48,975 nt of DNA from positions 1-48,975 of the IMG/VR virus record IMGVR_UViG_3300023284_000573; one strand, 5' to 3'. A model generated the notes under the pieces. It did no database searches and was not told the DNA's origin. It saw only the letters and a list, made by a program, of their open reading frames with translations. Positions 7,763-15,257 of the stretch are shown one piece after another (the first letter of the stretch is position 1; each line of letters starts with the position of its first letter). The position numbers were made by a program, and so were the translations under genes. Source of the DNA: a virus.

Positions 7763-7969
7763 ATGGCGATAGATATGGAGGAATATGGGAAACAGATAAA
7801 TCATTATGGTATGTGGGAGATTGAAAAAATTGTACTAACTCAAACAGTTATCCACAATAACCATAAACATAATTATGAAGAACGAAAAGAAATAGATATT
7901 CACAGCCCCGGTGCTTGGGAAACCAAAACAATCAAAAGATGGTTAAATAAATTTGAACTAGGAGAATAG
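7763..7969 (+). CDS. Hypothetical protein (68 aa)
   Basis: SD AAGGAGTTAGGAT is identical to the one upstream of 7579. Confidence 0.5.
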   Translation: MAIDMEEYGKQINHYGMWEIEKIVLTQTVIHNNHKHNYEERKEIDIHSPGAWETKTIKRWLNKFELGE

Positions 7970-7971
7970 TA

Positions 7972-8712
7972 ATGGCAGAAGCAACTTTAAAAGCAGGCGA
8001 ACTAGGAATGAAAACAGCTACTGAAAAAGCCCCCGCCCGCGAGGCTACTAGCGCAGAAACCAATGAAATATCTGCTGCTCTTGCTAAAGCACAGGCTAAA
8101 ATACAGTCTCCAAGCAAGGACAAAACAGTCAAGGTAAGCGGCATATCAAAGTCTGGCAAGTCTTTTAATTACAATTTTAAATATGCTACACTGGATGCTG
8201 TTATAGATGCTGTTCGTAAGCCATTAACTGACAATGAAATGTGGTTTTTCCATAGCGTTGAGGGGGGAAACATGGTCACAACCCTTACCCATTCTTCGGG
8301 GCAAACACTTGTTAGCCGGTTGCCTATGCTTAAACTGCCTGAAGGTGCTCAAGAATATGGTAGCCTTTTAACATATTTCAAACGCTATGGCTTGTGTGCT
8401 GCACTTGGCTTGACAGCAGAAGAAGACGATGACGCTAATGCAAGCGAGGGTAACACAGTTAAAGTTATCCAGCCAAGCAAGGAAAAGAAGACCGCTGACA
8501 AGCTATCTAAAGATTTGAAGGGGTGTACCACCGAAGACGCTCTCATCAAGCTCTGGGAAGGCTCTGAGGGTGTCCTAGACGACATTAAAAAGAAATCCAC
8601 GATAGCTTATGATGCTTTGCAGAAAGTCTATAACAAACAGAAAGAAAGGTTGCGTCCTCTTGAAGAAGATACTGTTGAGGATATAGGCAGGGATGAAGAA
8701 GTCGGCGACTAA
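7972..8712 (+). CDS. erf: ERF-family single-strand annealing recombinase
   Basis: ISAALAKAQAKIQSP.KD...YNFKYATLDAVIDAVRKPL and an acidic EEDDDA tail are typical of Erf proteins. Confidence 0.75.
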   Translation: MAEATLKAGELGMKTATEKAPAREATSAETNEISAALAKAQAKIQSPSKDKTVKVSGISKSGKSFNYNFKYATLDAVIDAVRKPLTDNEMWFFHSVEGGNMVTTLTHSSGQTLVSRLPMLKLPEGAQEYGSLLTYFKRYGLCAALGLTAEEDDDANASEGNTVKVIQPSKEKKTADKLSKDLKGCTTEDALIKLWEGSEGVLDDIKKKSTIAYDALQKVYNKQKERLRPLEEDTVEDIGRDEEVGD

Positions 8713-8971
8713 ACTAGAAAAGGCACACCTGACAAGGATAGCTGAAATGGGGTGCCTAGTATGCGGAGGGCCAGCAGGAATACATCACCTGCTCAGTAAA
8801 AGGCCAAGGAACCATAGATGGGCCATACCTCTCTGCCCTCGCCACCACTTGCAACAGTTTGGGGAAGAGGCATTGCACTATGACGGAAACGAAAAAAGAT
8901 GGTTTAAAAAACATGGGATTAACGCTGAAGAATGGGCAGAAAGAGAATGGGAAATAAGTAATGGACAATGA
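8693..8971 (+). CDS. Ref/DUF968-like HNH-type nuclease
   Basis: GCLVCGG..IHHL....IPLCPRHH motif. Adjacent to erf. Confidence 0.6.
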   Translation: MKKSATKLEKAHLTRIAEMGCLVCGGPAGIHHLLSKRPRNHRWAIPLCPRHHLQQFGEEALHYDGNEKRWFKKHGINAEEWAEREWEISNGQ

Positions 8972-9152
8972 AACCAAAGATTTTTTTGAAGCATTAAAAT
9001 TAATTGAAACCCTTGAGGCCCGTATAGATAAGGTACTGGCGATAGGCCCACATATTATACAAGAGGACGACCCACCAGCAGTTATTTTAAGAAAAGAATC
9101 TTCAAATGAATTGCTCGAACTAATCCAAGATATATTAAGTGGTGAGAAATAA
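8961..9152 (+). CDS. Hypothetical protein (63 aa)
   Basis: Operon ORF. Confidence 0.5.
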   Translation: MDNETKDFFEALKLIETLEARIDKVLAIGPHIIQEDDPPAVILRKESSNELLELIQDILSGEK

Positions 9153-9307
9153 TGGAAACAGCCTTCGTTGAATATGAAGTTAAGATCGCTGGCAAGAAAA
9201 GCCATAACGTAGCGTGGTTCCATGGTGACGAAGACCACATTAGAGAGAACGTTGCATTGCAGTTTGATATTCCTGAATCAGAGATAGAGGTGAAAGAACT
9301 TGAATAA
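9152..9307 (+). CDS. Hypothetical micro-protein (51 aa), not in the ORF track
   Basis: Hand translation METAFVEYEVKIAGKKSHNVAWFHGDEDHIRENVALQFDIPESEIEVKELE. Its start lies 1 nt inside the upstream stop codon. Confidence 0.4.
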   Translation: METAFVEYEVKIAGKKSHNVAWFHGDEDHIRENVALQFDIPESEIEVKELE

Positions 9308-9452
9308 GAAACCGACATTTGATGAGTTAATTAAGAAGTGGAGGATAACTACACGCGTTTTGCCACCAAAGGTTTTTGATAAAGTGACATTTACTAAGGA
9401 CCAAATAATTATTGAAGGAATCCGCGACCCAGAGGCGGGAGAGATAAAATGA
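9300..9452 (+). CDS. Possible TTG-initiated micro-protein (50 aa)
   Basis: The frame is open from TTG 9300, which has GAGGTG 8 nt upstream. It ends in ATGA coupling with 9449. There is no in-frame ATG. Confidence 0.3.
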   Translation: MNKKPTFDELIKKWRITTRVLPPKVFDKVTFTKDQIIIEGIRDPEAGEIK

Positions 9453-9937
9453 TTTTTAGAAAAGAAAAAATGGTTGAACGGGCCAAAGCAAGTGATTTTG
9501 AGCAAATGTTAGATAAATTGTTTGGGGGTTATCTCCGGGGGTTCTCTGATGATAGTTATTGTCATGATCTTTGGTCAGCACTTACAAACATTGATTGGTA
9601 TAATTTTAAAACCCACCAACATATTTCCTATTCATTTCGAGCAGCTGGTGCTGTCGTGGCAGATATTAGCGGGAAAGGTGATTACCTTACTTGGTACTGT
9701 AACAGCCCATATGGCACAGTTAGTGAATATATTTCCTTAATGATGAAAAAGGAGGATTGGATTTGGGATGATACGGGCTCTGTGTGTGATGAACCCGGTT
9801 GTGTAAAACACACTAATTTAATGAAAACAATGCCGGATAATACACTAAGACATACCTGCTCAAAACATGAGCCAAAAGACGGGGTGCGAGGAGATAAAAC
9901 AATAATCGAAAAATGGAAGGAAAGGGAAGCGGAATGA
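9449..9937 (+). CDS. Hypothetical protein (162 aa)
   Basis: Long ORF, function unknown. Confidence 0.6.
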   Translation: MIFRKEKMVERAKASDFEQMLDKLFGGYLRGFSDDSYCHDLWSALTNIDWYNFKTHQHISYSFRAAGAVVADISGKGDYLTWYCNSPYGTVSEYISLMMKKEDWIWDDTGSVCDEPGCVKHTNLMKTMPDNTLRHTCSKHEPKDGVRGDKTIIEKWKEREAE

Positions 9938-10383
9938 AGCTTTTCTTCAAAAAGACTATCAATGGTTTGGTTCCCAGTGATTCCAATACCAAGATGGTAT
10001 TTGATAAACTGGAAAGACACAGGGCTTTCAGGGTTACAATTAATGTTGCCCGTAACTACGAGTTCCATAAGAAGGCAATGGCATTGGTCAAGGTTGGATT
10101 TGATAACCAAGACCGTTTTAATGATATGGATTTGTTTCGCAAATGGCTTACCGTTAAATGTGGTCCTAAATACTGCGATGTTATAACCATTGATGGTGTT
10201 ATCAATTACTTCCCTAAATCCTGGGCGTTTAATGGCTGGGATAATATTGAGTTTGGTGAATTCTACAAGGTTTTGTGGGGGGTTATTTACAACGATGTTT
10301 TAGATGGCGTTGAAAAGATGGAACTGGAAGCCTCAGTCTTGGCAGAAGTAAGGGAGTTTATGAATGATAATCAATATCAATAA
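9934..10383 (+). CDS. DUF1367-like phage protein
   Basis: MKLFFKKT.NGLVPSD...ARNYEFHKKAMAL matches the remembered DUF1367 pattern. The start is set at ATG 9934 (ATGA coupling) rather than the track start 9913. Confidence 0.6.
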   Translation: MKLFFKKTINGLVPSDSNTKMVFDKLERHRAFRVTINVARNYEFHKKAMALVKVGFDNQDRFNDMDLFRKWLTVKCGPKYCDVITIDGVINYFPKSWAFNGWDNIEFGEFYKVLWGVIYNDVLDGVEKMELEASVLAEVREFMNDNQYQ

Positions 10384-10678
10384 AGAATGGCGACTAACTA
10401 CAGACAATCTTCAATGGCGTTTGGAACATAAAGCTTTGAAGATTAAGGCCAACAACCCAAAGCTTGACGGCAAACCTGCTAAAACATGGAAACAGGTTTC
10501 GTACCACCGGGATATTTGGGGAGCAGTAAGGGATATGATGAGAAGGCAAGTCTGTGGTATTGAGGGGGAATACCCTCTGGGAGCCATGGATGAGCTTTGT
10601 CGGAGCTTACATCGGTCAGAAACAAACATAGAAAAAGCGATTGAGGAAGTTAAAAAGGAATTACTCAATGAAACTTAA
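10364..10678 (+). CDS. Hypothetical protein (104 aa)
   Basis: Operon ORF. Confidence 0.5.
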   Translation: MIININKEWRLTTDNLQWRLEHKALKIKANNPKLDGKPAKTWKQVSYHRDIWGAVRDMMRRQVCGIEGEYPLGAMDELCRSLHRSETNIEKAIEEVKKELLNET

Positions 10679-10853
10679 AACCGTAGAAGACCTTTACAAA
10701 CTAAGGCTATTGGGGAAGAAACGAGTCCCCACTGGTGAGCCTAATATGTATGAGATTATATACCAGTTCACCCCGGAGGAAATAGCTCCTTTATTTAATC
10801 TTGCTGAGAAAACACTTGGAGAAGGATTCTACCGTACTAAGGGAAAGCCATGA
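10668..10853 (+). CDS. Hypothetical protein (61 aa)
   Basis: ATG 10668 with AAGGA 9 nt upstream is preferred over the TTG start at 10641. Confidence 0.45.
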   Translation: MKLKTVEDLYKLRLLGKKRVPTGEPNMYEIIYQFTPEEIAPLFNLAEKTLGEGFYRTKGKP

Positions 10854-10963
10854 AAATAGATAAGAACGAATATTTTGAAGTTTTTGATAAGCATTACGAC
10901 CCAGACTACATAGAAATGAGAAATCGTGAACTTAAAGCCTTAACCCAACCAGAGGGTAAGTAA
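10850..10963 (+). CDS. Hypothetical micro-protein (37 aa), not in the ORF track
   Basis: Hand translation MKIDKNEYFEVFDKHYDPDYIEMRNRELKALTQPEGK. ATGA at the 5' junction and TAAATG at the 3' junction. Confidence 0.35.
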   Translation: MKIDKNEYFEVFDKHYDPDYIEMRNRELKALTQPEGK

Positions 10964-11272
10964 ATGATTAGTATCCCTCACAAGTGCCCCAGAGGGCGCT
11001 CAGATTGCATAGCTCTCTCGAACATTATTTCAGACGATAAGAGTTCATTCTTTTGTTGCGGAGAAAATGACGGGGAAAATTTAGAAGTTCCTCAAGATAA
11101 ATACAGGGTTTGTTTTAAGGGGCCACACGACGACAGAATGAGCAACAATGATAAACTTGATTTAGTTCACAATGCGGCGGTTCTAAGCCAAGCCCTAGCT
11201 GTTATTCAGGCGGCGGTTGGTGGGAACGATTGGTCGCCCTGGGATGATGATCCCCTTAACAATGAGGAGTAG
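10964..11272 (+). CDS. Hypothetical Cys-containing protein (102 aa)
   Basis: Operon ORF. Confidence 0.5.
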   Translation: MISIPHKCPRGRSDCIALSNIISDDKSSFFCCGENDGENLEVPQDKYRVCFKGPHDDRMSNNDKLDLVHNAAVLSQALAVIQAAVGGNDWSPWDDDPLNNEE

Positions 11273-11278
11273 ATAGAT

Positions 11279-11500
11279 ATGGAAAAACCAGGAAAATTTG
11301 GGCACCACCCCGATGAAACGATTGATGCGGAAGTGGAGGTTGAACGTCTTGTCGGTCAGCTTACTGAGGCCCAGACCACGCTGTTGATGGTTCTCGACCT
11401 GGAAGCGGTGACAGCACCCCTACTTAATATCAAAGAGCAAGCGCGGTACGTTCTAAAAGGAATGGGAATGAAAACCCTAGGATGCAGAGGAGTTTTTTAA
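11279..11500 (+). CDS. Hypothetical protein (73 aa)
   Basis: Operon ORF. Confidence 0.5.
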   Translation: MEKPGKFGHHPDETIDAEVEVERLVGQLTEAQTTLLMVLDLEAVTAPLLNIKEQARYVLKGMGMKTLGCRGVF

Positions 11501-11504
11501 TCCA

Positions 11505-11879
11505 ATGACTAAAGAGGCTAAACACCTGAGCGATGCTGATATTGAACATATCCCGACTGACGGCCACGAAAGTATCCAGCACCTTGAACGCATTAAAGCC
11601 CAAGCCAAAGCCTACAATACCGTTAAGGCAGAACGGGATGCCCTCAAAAAGAACGCTGTCGAAGCATGGGACACGGCCCACAACAATAAAGCTAAACTTG
11701 ACGATGCTGTAGAAGAACGGGATGCCCTTTATGCACTGATTGAGGGGCTAGACCCATTTGATTACCCGGATTTCGTAAAAACCGATGAACAAGCACTAGC
11801 ATTTCAGATGGCTATTAATGGAATTAAAAACAAGGTGGCGAGCCTAAAAGGAAAGGCAGCAAACCCCATAAGAGGATGA
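11505..11879 (+). CDS. Hypothetical coiled-coil protein (124 aa)
   Basis: Repeated ERDAL segments and helical composition. Confidence 0.55.
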   Translation: MTKEAKHLSDADIEHIPTDGHESIQHLERIKAQAKAYNTVKAERDALKKNAVEAWDTAHNNKAKLDDAVEERDALYALIEGLDPFDYPDFVKTDEQALAFQMAINGIKNKVASLKGKAANPIRG

Positions 11880-11895
11880 AACCATTAGGTGATAT

Positions 11896-11982
11896 ATGTT
11901 TGAATTATTAAGCCCCGTTCAATGGTCACTAATCATTGGTTTTGGTATTATATTCCTGATAGTGTTGGTGGGGGATAGATAA
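11896..11982 (+). CDS. Possible single-TM micro-peptide (28 aa)
   Basis: Hand translation MFELLSPVQWSLIIGFGIIFLIVLVGDR. Confidence 0.3.
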   Translation: MFELLSPVQWSLIIGFGIIFLIVLVGDR

Positions 11983-11993
11983 AGGAGATGAAT

Positions 11994-12119
11994 ATGGATG
12001 AAACCTGCCCAAATTGTGAAAGCGAAAATGTTTCAGAGATATTTTCTGATGAAGAAATCACTACGTTTGGGTGCGAGGATTGCGGCGAAGAGTTTGATAG
12101 ACCGACACTTGAGGATTAA
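11994..12119 (+). CDS. Zn-ribbon micro-protein (41 aa), not in the ORF track
   Basis: Hand translation MDETCPNCESENVSEIFSDEEITTFGCEDCGEEFDRPTLED. AAAGGAG lies 6 nt upstream. Preferred over the overlapping 11998-12189 frame. Confidence 0.5.
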   Translation: MDETCPNCESENVSEIFSDEEITTFGCEDCGEEFDRPTLED

Positions 12120-12124
12120 TTGTT

Positions 12125-12394
12125 ATGGATTTAACAGAAAAAACCTTGGAAGAGCTTATCAAAGACATTCGTGCTTGCAAAGACGATAAAGGTGAAAGGT
12201 TAACGATAGAGCCTACACACTTGTTTATCGACCCGGCGTGCCTTTACTTTCCGTGGTGGAAGAGAATATTAATCAGACTGTTTGGTAAAAAAGTTTCATC
12301 AATAAATGATTTTGGCATCGACGGTTATATCTATCGAGATAAAGCATACATCCTAGCCTATAAAGAAGGAATGGTCACTGACTGGTATGAGTAG
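12125..12394 (+). CDS. Hypothetical protein (89 aa), last gene of the rightward operon
   Basis: Operon ORF. Confidence 0.55.
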   Translation: MDLTEKTLEELIKDIRACKDDKGERLTIEPTHLFIDPACLYFPWWKRILIRLFGKKVSSINDFGIDGYIYRDKAYILAYKEGMVTDWYE

Positions 12395-12396
12395 TT

Positions 12397-12445
12397 GGCC
12401 CCTGGATTTTGGGTGTTACAGCGAGGAGGAGATGTACCAGGGGCC
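12397..12445. terminator. Inverted repeat at a convergent junction: GGCCCCTGG, 31-nt loop, CCAGGGGCC
   Basis: 9-bp GC-rich arms between the ends of the + operon (12394) and the late - operon (12454). No U-tract on either side. Confidence 0.35.
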
Positions 12446-12453
12446 TGGGGAAA

Positions 12454-12723
12454 CTATTCACCGCAGTTCAAAGTATGAAGGTCATTATCATCACCGACAG
12501 ATTCCATGAAGCTCTCAAAGCCTTCAGGCCAATCTAAATCAGCAAGCCAGTCTTTTGTTTCATCGTCCATAGTTAATGGTTCGTGCCAATAGCATACCAA
12601 GTCAGTTTTTACCTTGATAGCTCCTGTTATTCCACAGCCGCTTAACAGTAAGGATATAAGGATGATTCTAACCATCGAATTCACAATTAGCTGCCAGTTC
12701 TTGCATTTCTTCAATAACTTCAA
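12454..12723 (-). CDS. Lipoprotein, o-spanin candidate
   Basis: Lipobox LLLSGC follows a hydrophobic segment. An alternative start is M17 at 12675. The 5' end overlaps the upstream TM protein gene, as in Rz/Rz1 pairs. Confidence 0.5.
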   Translation of the reverse strand: MKLLKKCKNWQLIVNSMVRIILISLLLSGCGITGAIKVKTDLVCYWHEPLTMDDETKDWLADLDWPEGFESFMESVGDDNDLHTLNCGE

Positions 12724-12967
12724 ACCAAATGTCTCCTATATTGGCGTCACCCCAGCTATCAATATGATGAAGCTCATCGCGTACCATTATTTCAAACTCG
12801 TAAGTACGGTTGTATTCTTCTTCAATCCGGCCAGACCAATCCCATATTCTTTCAACAAGAATTTCTGTTTCGCAATCTACATTAGGTTCGTTAAAGCCTG
12901 TCAAGATGCTCACGCTTAGTACGCTTAGGAGAATCTTTCCTAACCTTCTTAGCTTGTTTTCTTGCAT
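12668..12967 (-). CDS. N-terminally anchored or secreted acidic protein, i-spanin candidate
   Basis: N-terminal LGKILLSVLSVSILTGF. Located in the lysis cassette. Overlaps both neighbouring genes. Confidence 0.4.
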   Translation of the reverse strand: MQENKLRRLGKILLSVLSVSILTGFNEPNVDCETEILVERIWDWSGRIEEEYNRTYEFEIMVRDELHHIDSWGDANIGDIWFEVIEEMQELAANCEFDG

Positions 12968-13097
12968 TGTCTCCTGCTTTCATCTGTTCAAGTTCAACCT
13001 CTTTGGCTCCAGACTTCTTATCCTCTGAACGCTGAAGGCCACCAAGTATCTTGCTGATAGCCCCAAAGAGGTTTTTCAGTAATCCAATAAATCCCAT
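12891..13097 (-). CDS. Cationic amphipathic-helix peptide (68 aa), antimicrobial-peptide-like
   Basis: N-terminal GFIGLLKNLFGAISKILGGL has a heptad amphipathic pattern, followed by a Lys/Arg-rich tail. The start is 1 nt after the upstream stop. Confidence 0.45.
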   Translation of the reverse strand: MGFIGLLKNLFGAISKILGGLQRSEDKKSGAKEVELEQMKAGDNARKQAKKVRKDSPKRTKREHLDRL

Positions 13098-13098
13098 G

Positions 13099-13341
13099 TC
13101 AACATCCTTCTATATCAATACCCAAGAGCCTTACCCCACCACAAAACCAAGCGTTCTCTGTAGGGCTTAACTGGTAATCCACGGTTAGTCTGCCACTAAC
13201 AACACTGACATGATCTTCAATTAAATTATAAAGAATTGTGTTCCCACTAAGGAACAGGATTACCAGCCCCCCTGTAGCCCGCTTCCACCAAGGATTAGTC
13301 TTGTAAACTACCCTCGGTTCTTCAACGGGCTTGTCTGTCAT
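13099..13341 (-). CDS. Single-TM protein (80 aa), lysis-cassette member
   Basis: TM segment GGLVILFLSGNTILYNLI. TAAATG junction with the holin candidate. Confidence 0.5.
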   Translation of the reverse strand: MTDKPVEEPRVVYKTNPWWKRATGGLVILFLSGNTILYNLIEDHVSVVSGRLTVDYQLSPTENAWFCGGVRLLGIDIEGC

Positions 13342-13530
13342 TTACTGGCCTAATTTGGCGATACCATCACGAAGACCACCAAGACCAAGAGCGCCCAGAA
13401 TAACTCCGCCGCTTTCAATCAATGTGGTATCTCCAGTGAGATATGTTCCGATTGCTCCGAGGATAGCTAAACCCATAACAATATAGGTCTTTTTGCCAGC
13501 CATAAAGCCACCTTTAATAATATCAGCCAT
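13342..13530 (-). CDS. Holin candidate (62 aa, two TM segments)
   Basis: TYIVMGLAILGAIGTYL and GGVILGALGLGGL. Lies immediately downstream of the endolysin. Confidence 0.55.
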   Translation of the reverse strand: MADIIKGGFMAGKKTYIVMGLAILGAIGTYLTGDTTLIESGGVILGALGLGGLRDGIAKLGQ

Positions 13531-13540
13531 TGTTTATCTC

Positions 13541-13951
13541 CTATTTGTAGCTATAGATAATCGGGGGTAGTTTAGTATAAAGCACCCTCTTATCCAGATG
13601 TAGAAACGTGTCGCCTATCCCAACTGTCCAATCGAGATATAAAGCCATACGCATTAGTAAGTGTAAATCCTTGCTGTTGGGTCTGGCAATATCAACCGCA
13701 CAGCAGTCAGTCTTGTATTTTTTGTTGCCTATCAAGTGTAAAGAGTTCTTAGAAGCTTGGTAGCCCCTCCTCAGTAGCCATCTGACCTTTTCCTGTGACC
13801 TGCATCCATCTGTAACGATCATAGGCTTGGCGTACCTCTCACGGAGATTATCCAGTTCTGTTATAAATCCGGGTTGAAGCTTAACTTTTCCTGTAATGGA
13901 ATCAGCAAACTCAGCTTCTGTAAAGTATTTCTTGTCACTGAGATATGCCAT
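13541..13951 (-). CDS. Endolysin, peptidase M15 (VanY/L-Ala-D-Glu peptidase-like)
   Basis: The order FTEAEF..LDNLRE..PMIVTDGCRS..SLHL..AVDI..FLHLDKR gives the H-D-H zinc ligand arrangement of the M15 family. Confidence 0.75.
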   Translation of the reverse strand: MAYLSDKKYFTEAEFADSITGKVKLQPGFITELDNLRERYAKPMIVTDGCRSQEKVRWLLRRGYQASKNSLHLIGNKKYKTDCCAVDIARPNSKDLHLLMRMALYLDWTVGIGDTFLHLDKRVLYTKLPPIIYSYK

Positions 13952-13954
13952 TCA

Positions 13955-14164
13955 TTAATCCTCACCTTCACAAATACGCCGCATATTATAATAGGTACCT
14001 AAATTAAGGGCATCTTGGGCTTCTCTACCAGTTAATCCCCAAACGCCAATACGAGTACCCTCATCCCCGGATACCAGGATCATAGCTCCTTTGTCTCCGT
14101 AATTGCGGGCTATTGATCTCGCCATACTCTTAAGATTTAATGGAGTAACTACTTTCATAACCAT
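13955..14164 (-). CDS. Hypothetical protein (69 aa)
   Basis: ORF directly upstream of the endolysin. Confidence 0.5.
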   Translation of the reverse strand: MVMKVVTPLNLKSMARSIARNYGDKGAMILVSGDEGTRIGVWGLTGREAQDALNLGTYYNMRRICEGED

Positions 14165-14176
14165 CTCAATAAGGAA

Positions 14177-14228
14177 GGGGCGCTTCCCCCGCTAAAGTTC
14201 CGCGCCCCTACCAGATACGAAGTGGTAG
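14177..14228 (-). promoter_or_regulatory. Two adjacent hairpins in the leader of the lysis cassette
   Basis: On the minus strand: CTACCA, 9-nt loop, TGGTAG; then GGGGCGC, 18-nt loop, GCGCCCC, followed by TTCCTTATT. Confidence 0.45.
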
Positions 14229-14257
14229 ACACAATGTTTTGGACTAATAATTTAATT

Positions 14258-14286
14258 ATTGTAGAAGTTTTTAATTGATCCGTCAA
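14258..14286 (-). promoter_or_regulatory. Candidate internal sigma70 promoter (TTGACG-17-TACAAT)
   Basis: On the minus strand the -35 matches 5 of 6, the spacer is 17 nt and the -10 matches 5 of 6. It sits in the 133-nt gap after the stop at 14298. Confidence 0.5.
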
Positions 14287-14297
14287 ATGATTGCTCA

Positions 14298-15092
14298 TTA
14301 TAGATACCTCATCATAAATACAGCAGGAAAGAAATCTAACCTGCCCACCTCTATTCCGGTTCCTCTTAAAACGGTACAACAATTATTGGCTATCAATTTG
14401 TATTCGCTCCCCAGTTTAATATCCAGCATCTTACCAAAGTCAGGAGGAGGTTCAATCTTAACCAGTCTTCCCTGTTTTAATACCGAGAACCTAACAAGCT
14501 GTTTGCGATAACCTTTAAGCCCTCGTTTGAAAAAATAATGTTGTCCCTTGTGGACCACAGCAACATGGCTTGTCGGGGCTCCTGTAAGTGAAATAAGTAT
14601 ATCTCTAACATTTTTAGGCTTCCTGAAGAATAAATAGGTGTTTAATGGGCTGTAGCGTGCCGTAGGACGTGCAAGGAAGTTCTTCCGCACCCATGCAAGC
14701 CAGATTAGAGGGATAGCTATGTAGAGCGCGTACAGCGGCATCAGGTAATCTTGGTTCAAATAGTAGGCAAAACTGGATTCGTCAGCGTAGTATATAGCAA
14801 ACTGCAATCCTACTCTTATAATGCCATCTAGAGTTTCAACGGTTAACCAGATAAAAGCTATTAGTGTTAAGAAAGGTTTCTTGATATATTTCAAACAAAC
14901 CCAGAATAAAATAAAGGCCGGGATAATGTTATCAACTATCCCGGCGGTTATCGCAGTATGGAGTTGGGCGTAGTTTTCGACAGGGAATAAAAGATATAGA
15001 TTCTCTAGCCCTATCTGTATGGCTATCAGCCCAATGAGTATTTTAGTCTGGCGGTCCACAGCTAGGTGGACAAGTGGGACTTGACGCCACAA
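14298..15092 (-). CDS. Polytopic membrane protein with a C-terminal H-box/NC (LRAT-like, permuted NlpC/P60) domain
   Basis: 4-5 hydrophobic helices span residues 1-145. These are followed by APTSHVAVVHKGQHYFF and, about 60 aa later, YKLIANNCCTVL. Confidence 0.6.
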   Translation of the reverse strand: MWRQVPLVHLAVDRQTKILIGLIAIQIGLENLYLLFPVENYAQLHTAITAGIVDNIIPAFILFWVCLKYIKKPFLTLIAFIWLTVETLDGIIRVGLQFAIYYADESSFAYYLNQDYLMPLYALYIAIPLIWLAWVRKNFLARPTARYSPLNTYLFFRKPKNVRDILISLTGAPTSHVAVVHKGQHYFFKRGLKGYRKQLVRFSVLKQGRLVKIEPPPDFGKMLDIKLGSEYKLIANNCCTVLRGTGIEVGRLDFFPAVFMMRYL

Positions 15093-15228
15093 TGCCAGTT
15101 AAGCTTTCGCAAGCCTTGTTTACCCATTCTTCCCATTCTGGATGCTCCTCCGGGTTATCGAAATGAGATTCTTCAAAGTCAGCACAAAGTTTCTCAAGAG
15201 CCTTCGTTAGTTTTTCATGTTTTGTCAT
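15043..15228 (-). CDS. Acidic hypothetical protein (61 aa)
   Basis: The ORF overlaps the downstream gene start by 50 nt. Confidence 0.45.
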   Translation of the reverse strand: MTKHEKLTKALEKLCADFEESHFDNPEEHPEWEEWVNKACESLTGIVASSPTCPPSCGPPD

Positions 15229-15257
15229 TGTTATTATCCTTTCTTGGTTGAGGATTT

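Noticed and set aside
11998-12189. 63-aa basic ORF from the track
   Set aside because: A zinc-ribbon frame (11994-12119) with a proper SD, followed by the 12125 gene, explains the region better. The tracked frame overlaps both.
14155-14382. 75-aa minus-strand ORF spanning the gap after the LRAT-like gene
   Set aside because: It overlaps the 3' end of the 264-aa gene in another frame. It also runs through the predicted promoter and hairpins. It has no SD and an implausible sequence.
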